Source: Yuukianura sp. NJ FZ-2021 (lineage: Eukaryota). From it: 64,000 nt of DNA. The stretch lies in contig CM102290.1 in assembly GCA_046563655.1 (NCBI GenBank), positions 14,756,001-14,820,000 on the forward strand, given 5' to 3'. The position numbers and the translations under genes were made by a program. Positions 50,921-63,550 of this stretch are shown here, one piece after another. Position 1 is the stretch's first letter, and each line of letters opens with the position of its first letter. Under the pieces are notes generated by a model that saw only the letters and a list, made by a program, of their open reading frames with translations, searched no databases and was not told the DNA's origin.

Positions 50921-52007
50921 CTAGTTGCCTTTGTAGACTTTATTATTAGTTACTCCCTCCAGAAGACTTATTGATTATTATTTTTTAAACTCGGGCTTCG
51001 GGCATAATTTGTTTAGCTTCCCGCTCCTTGCGTAGCTATGCAACTGACTGGAGAGTATTTTTAGGTTGAATGCAAATCTAATTAATTAGGATGTGCTGGC
51101 GGAGCAGTGTTGGGATTGGGGGATGGTGGGCTTTCCTTTTGAAGGAATTTAATGGAACCAGTCACAATCACCGCAAGTAGGATCATGCTGTACTACAAAG
51201 TCACCGTCTAACTTAAACGGAACGCAGTACAATCAGGGAGTGACGATTTTGACCCTCACGCATCAAAATACGCATCTTTCCTCACGTTTCCCGACTTTAA
51301 ATTTCCTGACACAGCATTTTCCTGACTTTGTGTCTGGAAAATCCTAAAGTCATTGACTTTAGATTTCCGACCAATGGGAATGTCAGTTTGACATGCATGG
51401 ACCAATCACGTCCATTCATCAGTTTTTTTGACCAGCCACGTCCTCGTTGGTGGAAGTTTGAATGTTGTAAGCACATGGCATTGACATTGTTTGTTAATTG
51501 GAGGGTGGAGTGTTGACCTTGTGGACCATAGTGTACAACGTATAGTGTGTACATGCTGATGGGAGTGATTGCCTTGTGGGAACTGGAGTTTGAGTTGTCC
51601 AGAAGTGTTCCTGTTCCACATTTGAGTGTGGTGGAGCAGTATGTATTGATCCAGTCGTCGTCGGCTACAGCCGTTTCCCAAAACGTAAGCCGAAAGAGCA
51701 GTTCGGCACGAAGTTATTGGCCCACTCCTCACTTTCACTTTGTAGTTTGGCAGTGCTGGAGTGGTCTGGCACTGGGTAGTAGTAAGCTCCCTCCAGTACA
51801 ACTTCCAACTAGTCACGAGATGCGTGTGGACGGGTAGGAATGGACGAGTGTGTTCATGGACGGATTAGGTATGGACGAGGATGTTCATGGACGAATGGTT
51901 AGGTTTTGTAACGTCCATCGGTGGGTTTCTCTTGCTGGGACGCTCAGCCATTCGTCAGCGTTTTCAACGACAGTCAGTATTGTAGAATTGCAGAGACTTG
52001 TGAGATT

Positions 52008-52250
52008 TGAGATATTCCTGAGACTTAGCAATTCCTCATCTAGGCTAAACTTTAGATATTCCTTAGAGTTAGCAATTCCTGATCCAGGTCCAGGCTAAAT
52101 TCGAGACATTCCTGAGACAGCAATTCCTCATCCAGGCTAAACTTTAGATATTCCTGAGAGTTAGCAATTCCTCATCCAGGCTAAACTTTAGATATTCCTG
52201 AGAGTTAGCAATTCCTCATCCAGGCTAAACTTTAGATATTCCTGAGACTT
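52008..52250. repeat. 44-bp tandem repeat (AGATATTCCTGAGAGTTAGCAATTCCTCATCCAGGCTAAACTTT), ~5.5 copies
   Basis: Visible tandem units. Confidence 0.92.
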
Positions 52251-52474
52251 GTATTTTTTGCGGTTAGTTTGAGTGAAATATTTGACTTTGTTGCATGGCA
52301 AGTGTGCGGGTAACCTGTTAGCGTACAGAAGTGTTGTGGAATGGGTGGAACGAAGACGGGTATAATTGCGGGAGGGGGGAAATGGTTAAAATTCCAACCC
52401 GTCCCACCCTCCATTGTGGGAGGAAAGTAGGTGACTAAACCCTGGACTACTTTCTGTTCCTGAGTACTTGGGCC

Positions 52475-52738
52475 CAAGGTTCCTTGACAAAAAATTCTTT
52501 AACAGGTTGAGTACTACCTAACCCCCTTTTGTTGACAAAAAAAAATGAACAAAACAAAAACAAAAATTAGTACCAAGTTTGCTACCAATCCAAAAATTGG
52601 TGCCAATTCGTATGTAAAATTTGAAAAATTCGGCTGCATTGATACCCTGAAATGAAAGACACTGTTTTTTTTGCAAAATCGAAAAAAACGTGAGGTATTA
52701 GTCAACCTGTTAAAGAAGATGAAAGTGAAGAAACCTTG
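52475..52738. mobile_element. CAAGGT-TIR MITE, reverse-oriented relative of 47913-48169
   Basis: CAAGGTTCCTTGACAA...AACAGGTTGAGTACTAC start and AACCTGTTAAAG...AAACCTTG end. Internal similarity to the 47913 copy. Confidence 0.75.
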
Positions 52739-54317
52739 TCTATGACGAAGTGTCCAAGGGTAGTACTGGGAAACCTCTTGGGCCTCCTTCCACGAACTCC
52801 GTCAGTTGAGGAGACGTGGTGGGAGGGAGCCTTGAGAGAACAGTTTGTTCAAGGCCCTTTGGAGAAGCCATTCACTCTGTTCCAGTCTATGTAGGTCGCT
52901 CCAGACCCTGTCGGAGGAGCCACGGGTTCGAATCCACTCGTCCCTCTTTTTTGTCCAGTGAGTGGTTTGGTGCAAGGGAGGAATTTGGAGCATGAGGGAT
53001 TGGATGGATCAAATATTTAGATGTTGGACTGCGTTTCACTCTAGCCGCCAACTCACTCCTGTCGCTGGACTTGGACCGAGAAAGAGATGGCGAGGAGAGT
53101 GGCCGACAGTTGTTGGGTCCAAGTCCAACCGTTTTGGTGAGGCGGAAGTGGGCAGTTAAAGCCGGACGTCCAGTGGCTTATGGCTATTTGGAATGACATT
53201 AAACCCGCCTGTGCCCTCCGGCGATGCAGCTCTTTTCTCCAACAAACCTACTTCTCATGTTTCCTCTTCTCTTTTCACTTTCTGGACTTTTCAAGTTTCC
53301 AAAGTTTCAAAATTCTCATAAAAATTGAGTCAAGTTCAAAATTTCATTAAAAAATTAAGTCTAGGTCAAAATTTGATACAGAATTGGGTTAAGCTGTTTA
53401 ATTTTTGCGGAAATTTTGGAAACGCGAAGAGTTTTTAACTGTGTTGGGTTAATTGTGGCATGTTGTGGATGAGCCTGATCCATGTGAAGGGTTAATGTTA
53501 ATGGGTTAATTTTTGTGATGGGTTGTGGATGATGCATGAGGTTAATGTTGACCTGGATGGGAGGTCAAGGGGTCAAAGTTTAGAGAGGTTAATTGAAGTT
53601 GTTGGAAGTGGAGGGTTAAATGTTGGGGGAGAGGAAGTGGGTTGTGGAGACGTGGGTCCCTGCCCTTTGGGAGAGTGTTGGGGTGGGCCTGCGCCGCGGC
53701 GGTGGATCGATGTTACTGTACGGGAGAAAGAAATTGGCACGGTGTCAAGGAGTTGAATATAGTTGTAGGAGAGAGACGACGGTGGACTCGGGAGTGACGA
53801 CCAGTTCTAGACGAGCTCTACAAATGGCCTTTGTCGCTCCAGCCCAGCCACTTCGTCTCTTCCGTTGGCCATGACCAGGCCCTTAAGTCCCTCGGAGTGT
53901 ACTGAGTGTGGGGCAAGGGCTCCTGGCTGAACCCCTCCGTCCCACCCAAGGACTCGTCCCTCCACACCCACCCCAACTGACCCCTGGGCCCTGGAAAATG
54001 TAGTGGGGGCCCTTCCGCAGTGCTCTCTCTAATCTGTGTCAGTGTGTCCACTTCCGTCAACCTCTCCTTTTGTCTATTCTTCTAAGAATCTAAAGAGGGG
54101 AGTCCAATGGTGAGTCATGGCTTATCCAATCTCCACTCTCAAAGTCTACAAAAGTTGGGAATTTGTCTAACAAAAAATTACTTTTTAGTTTTGTTAGGTT
54201 AGGGAGTTAGGGTAGGCTCCAACTTGTGCTGGAACTGTGTTTGTGTCGACTGGAAAGTGTGCTTGGAGCACACTTTGGCGAGTTGGCGCTGAAAGTGGGA
54301 TTTCACTGTGGACAGTC

Positions 54318-54532
54318 TGTGCTGCATGAAACGTTTTCAGTTAGACAGTGTGTGCTGGACAAAACGTTTTTGCTGAGACACTATATGTTTTGGGTTAGAC
54401 AGTGTTTGCTGAACAAAACGTTTTTGGTTAGACAGTGTGTGATGGACAAAACATTTTTTGTTAGACAGTGTGTGATGGACAAAACGTTTTGGGTTAGCCA
54501 GTATGTCGGAATGTTACTAGAGACAGTGTGTG
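54318..54532. repeat. ~33-bp minisatellite (TTAGACAGTGTGTGATGGACAAAACGTTTT)
   Basis: 5-6 degenerate units. Confidence 0.85.
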
Positions 54533-55871
54533 AGGGACGAAATTTTTTAAGTTAGGTGAAACGAAAAACGAAAATTTTACGTTATATAGGTTGTGTAAAA
54601 ACGGAATTACGTTAGGGAGGCTGTATCTGAACAGTTGAAATTTTAGTTTGTAGCTAAAGACTTGACTAAAAAGCAGACATGAGCTGATTCTTTTTGACTG
54701 TATGAGAGGCACTGGCTCACTTTCGCGCCGGGATGGCTGGCTCACTTTTTGAAATTTTAAAGAGTGAAATTTTAAAATTCGGTGTGTCTGCTCGTGCTGA
54801 TGAGTCAAGGAGGGTCGTTGTGGAAGTGTTTTTTTGAAAATTGAAAAGTAGAGTTGGAGTCAGTGGAAACACCACGTAACTGTCGGATTCAGAAACCCAA
54901 CCCAAAAATATCTGTGTCTAATTTTAGAATTCGGGAGAATGTGAGCTCCTTGGGTGCGATGGGAAACTGGCGAGTTGGTTCCGTTCTCGGCTCTGCTAGT
55001 GGGGGAAGTCGTAACGAAAATGAATTGTCCCGGCACTTTTTTTTCTGGATGATGAGTCCAACCGAACTTAAGAATAGAAAAGAGGCTTTTGTTTTTGGTG
55101 AAGTTGGTGATTTAGTGTTTGAAATTTTGAAATTTTGGATTCGGAGGGAAAAGTTTTGATAAGTTTTAGACGGTTGTTGGTTTTGGAGAAGAAAAGCAAT
55201 TTAGACACAAGTTGCCGAGTGTCCTTCGATTTTTAGAGCAGGATTGTTTTTAGACTTTTCTTAAAAACTGTTTTTTAGAACAACATTTTTAGAACAAGAT
55301 TGGAGAAGCAGAAAGTCATTGATTTTAAATTACGGGGATGTTTAGTGATAGGGTGAAGCGTAAGTTATTGTAGGAGCAGAGTAAGTGTGGTTTCTGTTTA
55401 TTTGTTCTTCCTCCTCCGTCCCACGTCGGAATTTTTTTTTTTCGGTTTTTTTAAAAGTGTTGTTCGGGAATTTTTTTTTCGGTTTTTTCAAAAAGTGTTG
55501 TTCGGGAATTTAATTTTGGCCGGGTTTTTAGTTTGGCGTGTATTTTTTAGTAGGAACACGTTTGAAATGTTCTGAGAAAGGGAAATCTAAATTGGAATCA
55601 ATTTCTGAGAATAAAAATCAATTGGAATTGCAATTTTTTGGGTGAATTGTGTGCCAAGGTGGTTGGAATGTGAGTTTTGGAGAAAGCGGGTATTTTGAGA
55701 AAGCGGGTATTTTGTGGAGGTCTAGTTAGTTGGACAATGAATAATTGAAGGAGTTGTGCTAATGGATTTTTGTTTGGATTTGTTTTATAGTCTTTTGGCG
55801 GAGTGTAAAGGATTGAGCGGAGGAACAAACTTTCTTAGTCTTTAACTTTTAGTCGGAGTAGACAAGTCAAA

Positions 55872-58800
55872 ATGATTACGGACAAGATCAACATTTCCAT
55901 CAGGGAGTTGCGGGAGTTGATGGAGCTGCGGGGTGACGAAGCTCATCAAAAAGTGGCAGAGATAGGCGGTGTGCAGAGGATATGTGAACTACTGGATGTG
56001 TCACCCGTAGATGGTAATTACATAACTTCATTTACATCAACTTCACCGTGTATAACTTTATGTGGAATCAAGGTTCGTCAACTAAGGAAGTGGTTTTTCT
56101 ACACCAGGTTGTCCAATAACTCGGGTTTTTCAATTTTTTGCCAGGATTTTTAAAAACCAAACGGGTTAAACTTCGCCTCCATTTCTATGACAATTTTTGA
56201 ATTTTTTTTTTCGACTTTTTTATTCCTATGTGATTTCAAGTGTTCAAGGTTTGAAAAAAAATCGGTCAAAATAGGTGGAAGTATCCACTTCTAGCTTATT
56301 TTATTCAGCCATATCTTCCGGATAAAACCGGATGAAATATATTATCCACTGGGCGAAACGTCAAAAAAGTGGATATCCAGGAACACTGGGGAAATGTTGC
56401 TAAATTGGTGCTAAAGGTTGTTGGAAGCCAAATTTTTGAAAAACCCTGAAGATTTTGGCAAAAAAAATTGAAAACCCTGAGTTATTGGACAACCTGTTGT
56501 AGGAAACCTAATTCCGTTGTGAGGGAACCTTGCTGTAGAATCGTTCTAAGTTAGAGTTAGAAGTGGTTTTGATGTGTTTATTTTGTGTTTAGGTGTGCCG
56601 GATGACCCGGGAGTGTTGGCCCGTCGTCGCCAGGTCTTCGGAGCCAATGTGATTCCTCCGAAGCCTCCGAAGACGTTTCTGCAGCTGATGTGGGAGGCAG
56701 TGCAGGACGTGACTCTGATCATCCTGCAAGTGGCTGCCATCGTGTCTTTGATCCTGTGGTTGGTCACTTACTATGCCAACGTGGAGGGTTCTGAGAGTGC
56801 AGAGGACGAGTCCCACGGGTGGATCGACTCTGTGGCCATTCTGCTGTCCGTGTGCGTGGTGGTGCTGGTCACTGCCTTCAACGACTACACGAAGGAGCGC
56901 CAGTTCCGTGGCTTACAGTCCCGCATCGAGGGTGAGCACAACTTCTCCGTCATCCGCGGAGGGGAGGTCCACCAGATCCCGGTCACTGAAATTGTTACGG
57001 GTGATATTTGCCAAGTGAGACCACTCGAAACTTCACAATTTTCAACTTTTTGGGAAATTTCGAACTTTGATTTTGGTGGTTTCAGATCAAGTATGGAGAC
57101 TTACTTCCGGCAGACGGTATACTAATTCAGAGCAACGATTTGAAAATTGATGAGTCCTCACTTACCGGAGAGTCGGATCACGTCAAGAAGTCGGAAAATG
57201 GAGATCCCATGATTTTGTCAGGTAGGTTTTAAGGTTATGTTAGGCTTATGTTAGGTTATGGTTAGGTTTATGTTAGGTTTAATTAATGCTTGAGTGTAAC
57301 ACGAACGCTGAATCGCTGCGAGTGTTTCAGAGGAAACAAGAGCTGAGTAATTTTGTTAATTTTTGTTAGTGTGTGGCGTGTTTGGGGTAAAATGGAATGA
57401 TTTGTGGATAAAGCCCGCCAAAATGTGAGCGTCTCAACTGTCACCCTCTTAGGACCACCATTTACACGCGATCTAAAAGTCCAACTTCAAATCAAAGGCA
57501 CCTTTTCCTTTTCAACGTTTCTATTTCTCAAATTTTGAAAATAGTTATAAAATATGGAAGTGTAGTATGAAAATATGGAAGTGTAGTATGAAAATATGGA
57601 AGTGTAGTATGAAAATATGGAAGTGTAGTATGAAAATATGGAAGTGTAGTATGAAAATATGGAAATGTAGTATGAAAATATGGAAATATTGTATCAAAAT
57701 ATGTTATAAATGAGTGGATTGAGACTAATTGTGACTTACCATAGGTACTCACGTGATGGAGGGGAGTGGTAAGATGGTGGTGACTGCCGTGGGAATCAAC
57801 TCGCAGTCCGGCATCATCTTTGCTCTGTTGGGAGCAGCAGTTGAGGAGGCTGAGGAGATCAAGGCCGAAGAGAGGAAGGCCAAGAAGCGAGAGGCCACGC
57901 CCAAGTCCAGTCAGCCTGTCCACATTACGAACAGTCATGTCAACACTGCGGGCAATCGGCCCATGGTCCCCATTCCAGAAGAAAACGAAAAGGAAAAAGA
58001 AAGCGACAAGGAAAAGGAACCGTCGTCAGAGAAGCACGAGAAGTCGGTCCTCCAGGCCAAACTCACCAAACTCGCAATCCAAATTGGTTATGGCGGTGAG
58101 ATTTCAAAGAAAAAGACACTGATTTTGGAGAAGTTTTGAAATTTCCCGGGTTTTTTGATGTGGTTTGCAGGTACCCTCATTGCTGTTCTGACTGTGGTAA
58201 TAATGTTCATCAAGTTCAGTATTCAAACGTACGTTATCGAAGGGGATCCGTGGGATATGAAGCATGCGCAGAAGTTCGTCACCTTCATCATCACCGGTAT
58301 CACTGTTCTCGTCGTTGCTGTTCCAGAAGGCCTTCCGCTAGCTGTTACCCTCTCCTTAGCATATTCTGTCAAGGTCAGTCTCTCCTTTGGGCCGGATATT
58401 GTCAATTTCCCGGTTTTTACGGGTTTCCCGGTATTTTGGGAAAATTTCTCGGTTTTTTGGGTTAATTTCCCGGTTTTTTTGGGGGAAATTTCCCGGTTTT
58501 TTTGGGGGTTTTCGAGTTGTGATGAGAAAGCTTCAATTTTCCAATTTTGATGGGAAATTTTCTGGTTCTAACGGGAAATATTCAGTTTTGAGATTTTGAC
58601 GGGAAATTTTCAATTTTCGGATTTTGGTGGGAAATATTGGATTTTTGTGGGAAATATTAGATGTTGGTGGGAAATATTGGATTTTGGTGGGAAATATTGG
58701 ATTTTGGTGGGAAATATTGGATTTTGGTATGAAATATATGATGTTGGTGGGAAATATTGGGATTTTGGAAGGAGATGGAGAGATTTTGAGTTTTTAGTTT

Positions 58801-61800
58801 TGTGGAGACTATTGCTATGACTTTGTCTGTCTGTCCGTCTGTCTGAACTTTGCCTTTTGACTCTGTGAGGTTTTGATGTTTGAAATTGTTGACTGAGTTG
58901 GTTTTGTGTGTTTTAGAAAATGATGAAAGACAACAATTTGGTGCGTCACTTGGATGCTTGTGAGACAATGGGAAATGCGACGGCCATTTGTTCAGACAAG
59001 ACAGGGACACTGACCACAAACAGGATGACTGTCGTTCAGTCCTACATGCTGGGCAAAATGTACATGCAAACTCCCAAATTCAGTGATCTTCCAAAGGAAA
59101 TGGGCGAACTCCTCGTCCAGTCCATGTCAGTCAACTCAGCCTACACCTCCAGAGTCCTCGTAAGGCAACTAACTAGCTTAGTAATTGATTAATTAGTTGA
59201 TGAATCAATTGATTCTCTGTTCATAGCCTCCAGACAGCCCGGGTGACCTGCCGAAGCAAGTGGGCAACAAGACGGAGTGTGCTCTGCTGGGGTTTGTGCG
59301 TGACCTTGGGCGAGATGTGACGGAGATCAGAGATCATATTCCAGAAGAGTCCTTTACGAGAGTGTACACGTTCAACTCCGTCAGGAAGTCCATGAGCACC
59401 GTCATTCCTAGACCAGGCGGCGGCTACCGGCTATTCACCAAAGGAGCTTCAGAAATCATCATGAAGAAGTAACATTTTCAAAATTTTGAAACTTTTTTGA
59501 AAAGTTGATTTTGATTTTTTGAAAAGGTGTGCTTACATGATTGGACCGAATGGGAATGTGCAGAACTTTACGAAAGAAATGCAAGATCAGTTGGTGACGG
59601 ACGTAATTGAGCCAATGGCGTGTAATGGGCTGAGGACAATTTCCGTAGCCTACAAGGACTTTGTCCTGGGACAAGCCGCTGAGAATGAGGTCAGTTTTTC
59701 CAAATTTTGAAAATTTGAATTTCGAAATTTTGAAATTTGAATTGAATTTTTGAAATTGTGCAGGTTCATGTGGATGCTGAGCCGAACTGGGACAATGAAG
59801 ACGGAATTGTGGGTAACTTGACTTGCCTTTGTCTAGTTGGAATTGAAGATCCTGTCCGACCAGAGGTAAGTTGTAACTTGTAAAACTGTAAATTGTAAAA
59901 GCGTAAATTGTAAAACTGTAAATTGTAAAAGTGTAAATTGTAAAAGTGTAACTGATGTAGGTACCTGAAGCAATCAAGAAGTGTCAGAGGGCGGGGATCA
60001 CAGTGCGCATGGTGACTGGCGACAACATCAACACTGCCCGTTCCATTGCGCAGAAGTGTGGAATAGTTCGTCCTGGAGATGAGTTCCTCATTCTGGAGGG
60101 AAAAGAGTTCAACCAAAAGATTCGAGATGGGAACGGTGATATTCAACAGACGCTGATTGACAAGGTGTGGCCAAAACTCAGAGTCCTCGCACGCTCCTCC
60201 CCCACGGACAAGTACACACTCGTCAAAGGAATCATCGACTCCAAGGTAACACGTTTACGGAAATACGTAAAACCGTAAATACGTAAAAGCGTAAATATCC
60301 TAGTAAAAATATAAATAAAAAATATTTTTCCAAAATTTATGATTTAAACGCGTTTTAAACGTTAGTAACGTTACTAACGTCACTTTCCTGAAACTGACGT
60401 CATTTTGCCAACCCTGATCCTGGGTTTCAAAAGTCCGCCTGATCTTTCTCTGCATAAAATTCAACGATAAGAAATGAGATGAAGAAGTTACAGTGGGAGA
60501 AAAAAGATGAGACGGATTTTTGGAACACACGAAAAGCGTAAATGTGTAAAAACGTAAATACTTAAAAGCGTAAATAAGTAAAAGCGTAAATACGTAAAAG
60601 CGTAAATACGTAAAAGCGTAAATACATATTGGGTTTTGTTTGGTGGTGAGAACAGATTAGCGAGAATCGAGAGGTTGTGGCTGTGACTGGCGACGGAACA
60701 AACGACGGTCCAGCTTTGAAGAAGGCCGATGTTGGATTCGCTATGGTATGAATTAGTTGTAATATTTAAATTATATGTTGATATTTTATAATATATTAAT
60801 ATATTATAATATGTTATTTGGTTTCAGGGGATCGCTGGTACGGATGTAGCGAAAGAGGCGTCAGATATCATTTTAACAGACGACAATTTCACGAGCATTG
60901 TTAAAGCTGTACTGTGGGGACGAAATGTGTATGACAGCATTGCAAAGTTCCTCCAATTCCAACTTACGGTTAACGTAGTTGCTGTGGTTGTGGCCTTCGT
61001 TGGTGCTTGCGCAGTAGACAGCAGTCCGCTCAAGGTGACTTATTATATTAATTATTTATAATATATTATTTATTAATACATTTTAATGTATTTAGGCTGT
61101 ACAAATGTTGTGGGTGAATCTGATTATGGACACCCTGGCTTCACTTGCCTTAGCTACTGAGTTACCCACTGCTGACCTTCTCCTCAGAAAACCATACGGA
61201 CGAACGAAACCTCTCATTTCTCGTACAATGTGTAAAAATATAATTGGCCAAGCAATCTATCAACTCGTTGTTATTTTCACGCTTCTATTCGTCGGTAAGT
61301 CATGTGCTGGATACTGCGGAGATATGTGCTGGATACTTGATTTGTTATTTGGTTTAGGTCATCGTATGTTTGATATCGATGATGGTTCCAATCTCCCAGA
61401 ACCATCGGCTCACTTGACAATTATTTTCAACTCCTTCGTAATGATGACTCTGTTCAATGAAATCAATGCTCGTAAAATCCACGGCCAGAGAAACGTTTTC
61501 CGAGGAATCTTCACCAATCCAATCTACTACATCATCTGGGTTGCCACACTCATCTCTCAAGTAGGAGATTAGAAAATTTTGAAGTTTTTGAAAAAAAAAA
61601 GTTTTTTTGGCGGGTTTTGCAATTGGGGTGTATTGAATTTGGCGTATTTTGATTTGTGGTGTTTTGTTTTAGGTTCTAATTGTTCAGTTTGGCGGTCTTG
61701 CCTTTTCTACGTATAACCTCAACCTGGAACAGTGGCTCTGGTGCTTGGTATTTGGTGTGGGTGCTCTCATTTGGTCACAAGTTATCACTACTTTCCCCAC

Positions 61801-62024
61801 TCGCAAAGTTCCCAAAATATTCTCGTAAGTTTCCAAATTTTGAACTTTTTTTGAAATGGTTTTTTGAAAAATGTTTGTGAATTTGTAGTTGGGGACGCGG
61901 GCATCCTGAGGAATACACAACTGGAGTGCCTCTGGGCGAGGATGGGTATGAGGCGGATGCTGAGAAGCGACGAAGTACTGGCCAGATTCTGTGGATCCGC
62001 GGATTGACTCGTTTACAGACTCAG
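55872..62024 (+). CDS. PMCA: Plasma membrane calcium-transporting ATPase (P2B), 3' partial. Exons 55872-56013, 56593-57014, 57086-57221, 57745-58095, 58171-58373, 58917-59159, 59227-59468, 59527-59689, 59764-59865, 59961-60245, 60656-60745, 60828-61034, 61096-61294, 61358-61560, 61673-61824, 61889-62024
   Basis: [34 protein letters not shown], phosphorylation site [52 protein letters not shown]. Start of the calmodulin-binding domain [15 protein letters not shown] at splice site C. Confidence 0.97.
56069..56532. mobile_element. CAAGGT-TIR MITE in the first coding intron of PMCA
   Basis: CAAGGTTC...GAACCTTG ends. Inner inverted repeat CAGGTTGTCCAATAACTC / GAGTTATTGGACAACCTG. 9-bp flanks ATGTGGAAT / CTGTAGAAT. 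Confidence 0.8.
57548..57700. repeat. 21-bp minisatellite (AAAATATGGAAGTGTAGTATG), ~7 copies
   Basis: Visible tandem units. Confidence 0.93.
58400..58770. repeat. TTCCCGGTTTTT and 20-bp GGTGGGAAATATTGGATTTT repeats
   Basis: Degenerate tandem units in a PMCA intron. Confidence 0.8.
60255..60626. repeat. CGTAAATACGTAAAAG repeats
   Basis: Clusters at 60262-60297 and 60530-60626. Confidence 0.7.
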
Positions 62025-63149
62025 GTACACAAAAGTAGTCCACGTCCATGTCCAAACCACTTTTAAGTACCTTTTTCAGTCACTTTTTAAAGCGCGAGTG
62101 AAAAAAACAGGATAAGGCACGCAGACGTCGTAACGTGCGCGTAAAACTTAACGTTTTGTGGACGTAAATACTGGAGAGACGTAAAAGTTTTTACGAATTT
62201 ACGTAAACGCCATTTTACGTTTCTGCAAACTCCAATGTCTTCTGAACACTGTTCTGTTTTGGATATGATTCAACAACGCAAGTTTTCCAAACTCTGCATT
62301 TTCAAAAAAAAAGTTGTTGAATCATTTTTGGAAATTTTTTTGATTTTTACGAAAAGTGTGGAGACGTTGGAGTTAAAACTGACCAAATGAATTCAAGAGA
62401 CAACGGGATTTTAGTGCCCCAGCTTTTCAAGCAAATTTTTTTCTCCCTTTAAAACTATCAAATTTTGAAAAAATGCAAAATAAAGTTATTTTTCCCTCTT
62501 TTTCTATTCTGGACTCTGGGAATTTCCAAACTAAAAGCTAAAGCTTCACAAAAACTTTTCCTGTTCTTTGCTAAAAAGCGACTTGGGCGAAGGAGTCTGT
62601 TTTTATTTTTCGTAAAATGTGACAGAGTTGGGGTGGACATTGTTGGACATGGTCCATGGTCCACCTATGTCCACTTCCGTCTTGTCACAGTGCCATTGTC
62701 CACAGAAGTTTGTCTAATTTTGACTATTTCCTAAGTGTTGGTTAGTAGACATGGATTTTAACTGAGCTTGTGGGGCGTCTTCTCCTTTATACTAGCTGTT
62801 AGCCCTTGCGACTTCTCCTCTCTGAACCTCCTTGACCTCTGACCTCACTCTGACCCCTGACCTTCTCGTGACACAGGATGCCCAAGGTCAACTTGTTCCT
62901 AAGTGGTCACCCGCAACTTTGTGCAACTCTTGGGGAAGGAGGTGGGGAGGTCGCAGTTTTGAAAAGGAGAAACTGGCTGGTTCCTCCACCTCCCCCCACC
63001 CCACCCCTCACCCCCCTCTTTAATCTCTTCTTTCCTCTGACCTCTCTGTGTCTCTATGTCTCTTTCAGTAGTTTTGTTGTCTACTCTTCACCCCCCACCA
63101 CCCACGTTTTGCCACCCCCACCTCACAACCCCCCTTTTTTATCCAGGAA

Positions 63150-63550
63150 CTTTATCTTCTTTATCTCTTTATTTATCTCTTACCTAAACCCCCTCTCATC
63201 TGTCTCTGCTGGGAATATCCAGCCCTTGGTCTCTTTTAAGTATCTCTTTCTCTCTTTTCTCTTTACCTTTTTTTTATCTCGTTATTTCTTTTTCTGTACC
63301 TTTTTTATCTCGATATTGACCACTTTACCTCTCTTATCTCTATCACTGTACCCATCTTATATCTTTCTTTTCACCTCTCTTATCTCTTTCTCTTTACCCC
63401 TCTTATCTCTTTCTCTTCACCTATCTTATCTCTTTCTCTTCACCTATCTTTTCTCTTTCTCTTTACCTCTCTTATCTCTTTATCGTATTTTCTCTCACTT
63501 TTTCGTACTCTTTCTCTTTGTATCTCAACTACTCTTTTTCTCTGATTCTC
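63150..63550. repeat. Polypyrimidine low-complexity tract (TATCTCT)n
   Basis: About 400 nt that is strongly pyrimidine-rich on the + strand. Confidence 0.85.

Noticed and set aside
52740..54070. GC-richer segments with short ORFs and a lone B-box (GGTTCGAATCC ~52925)
   Set aside because: No recognisable domain, A-box or signal-peptide exon could be assembled. The minus-strand donor at 53056 has no in-phase Met.
54795..54845. CTGATGAG hammerhead ribozyme core
   Set aside because: No matching stem II plus GAAA geometry was found.
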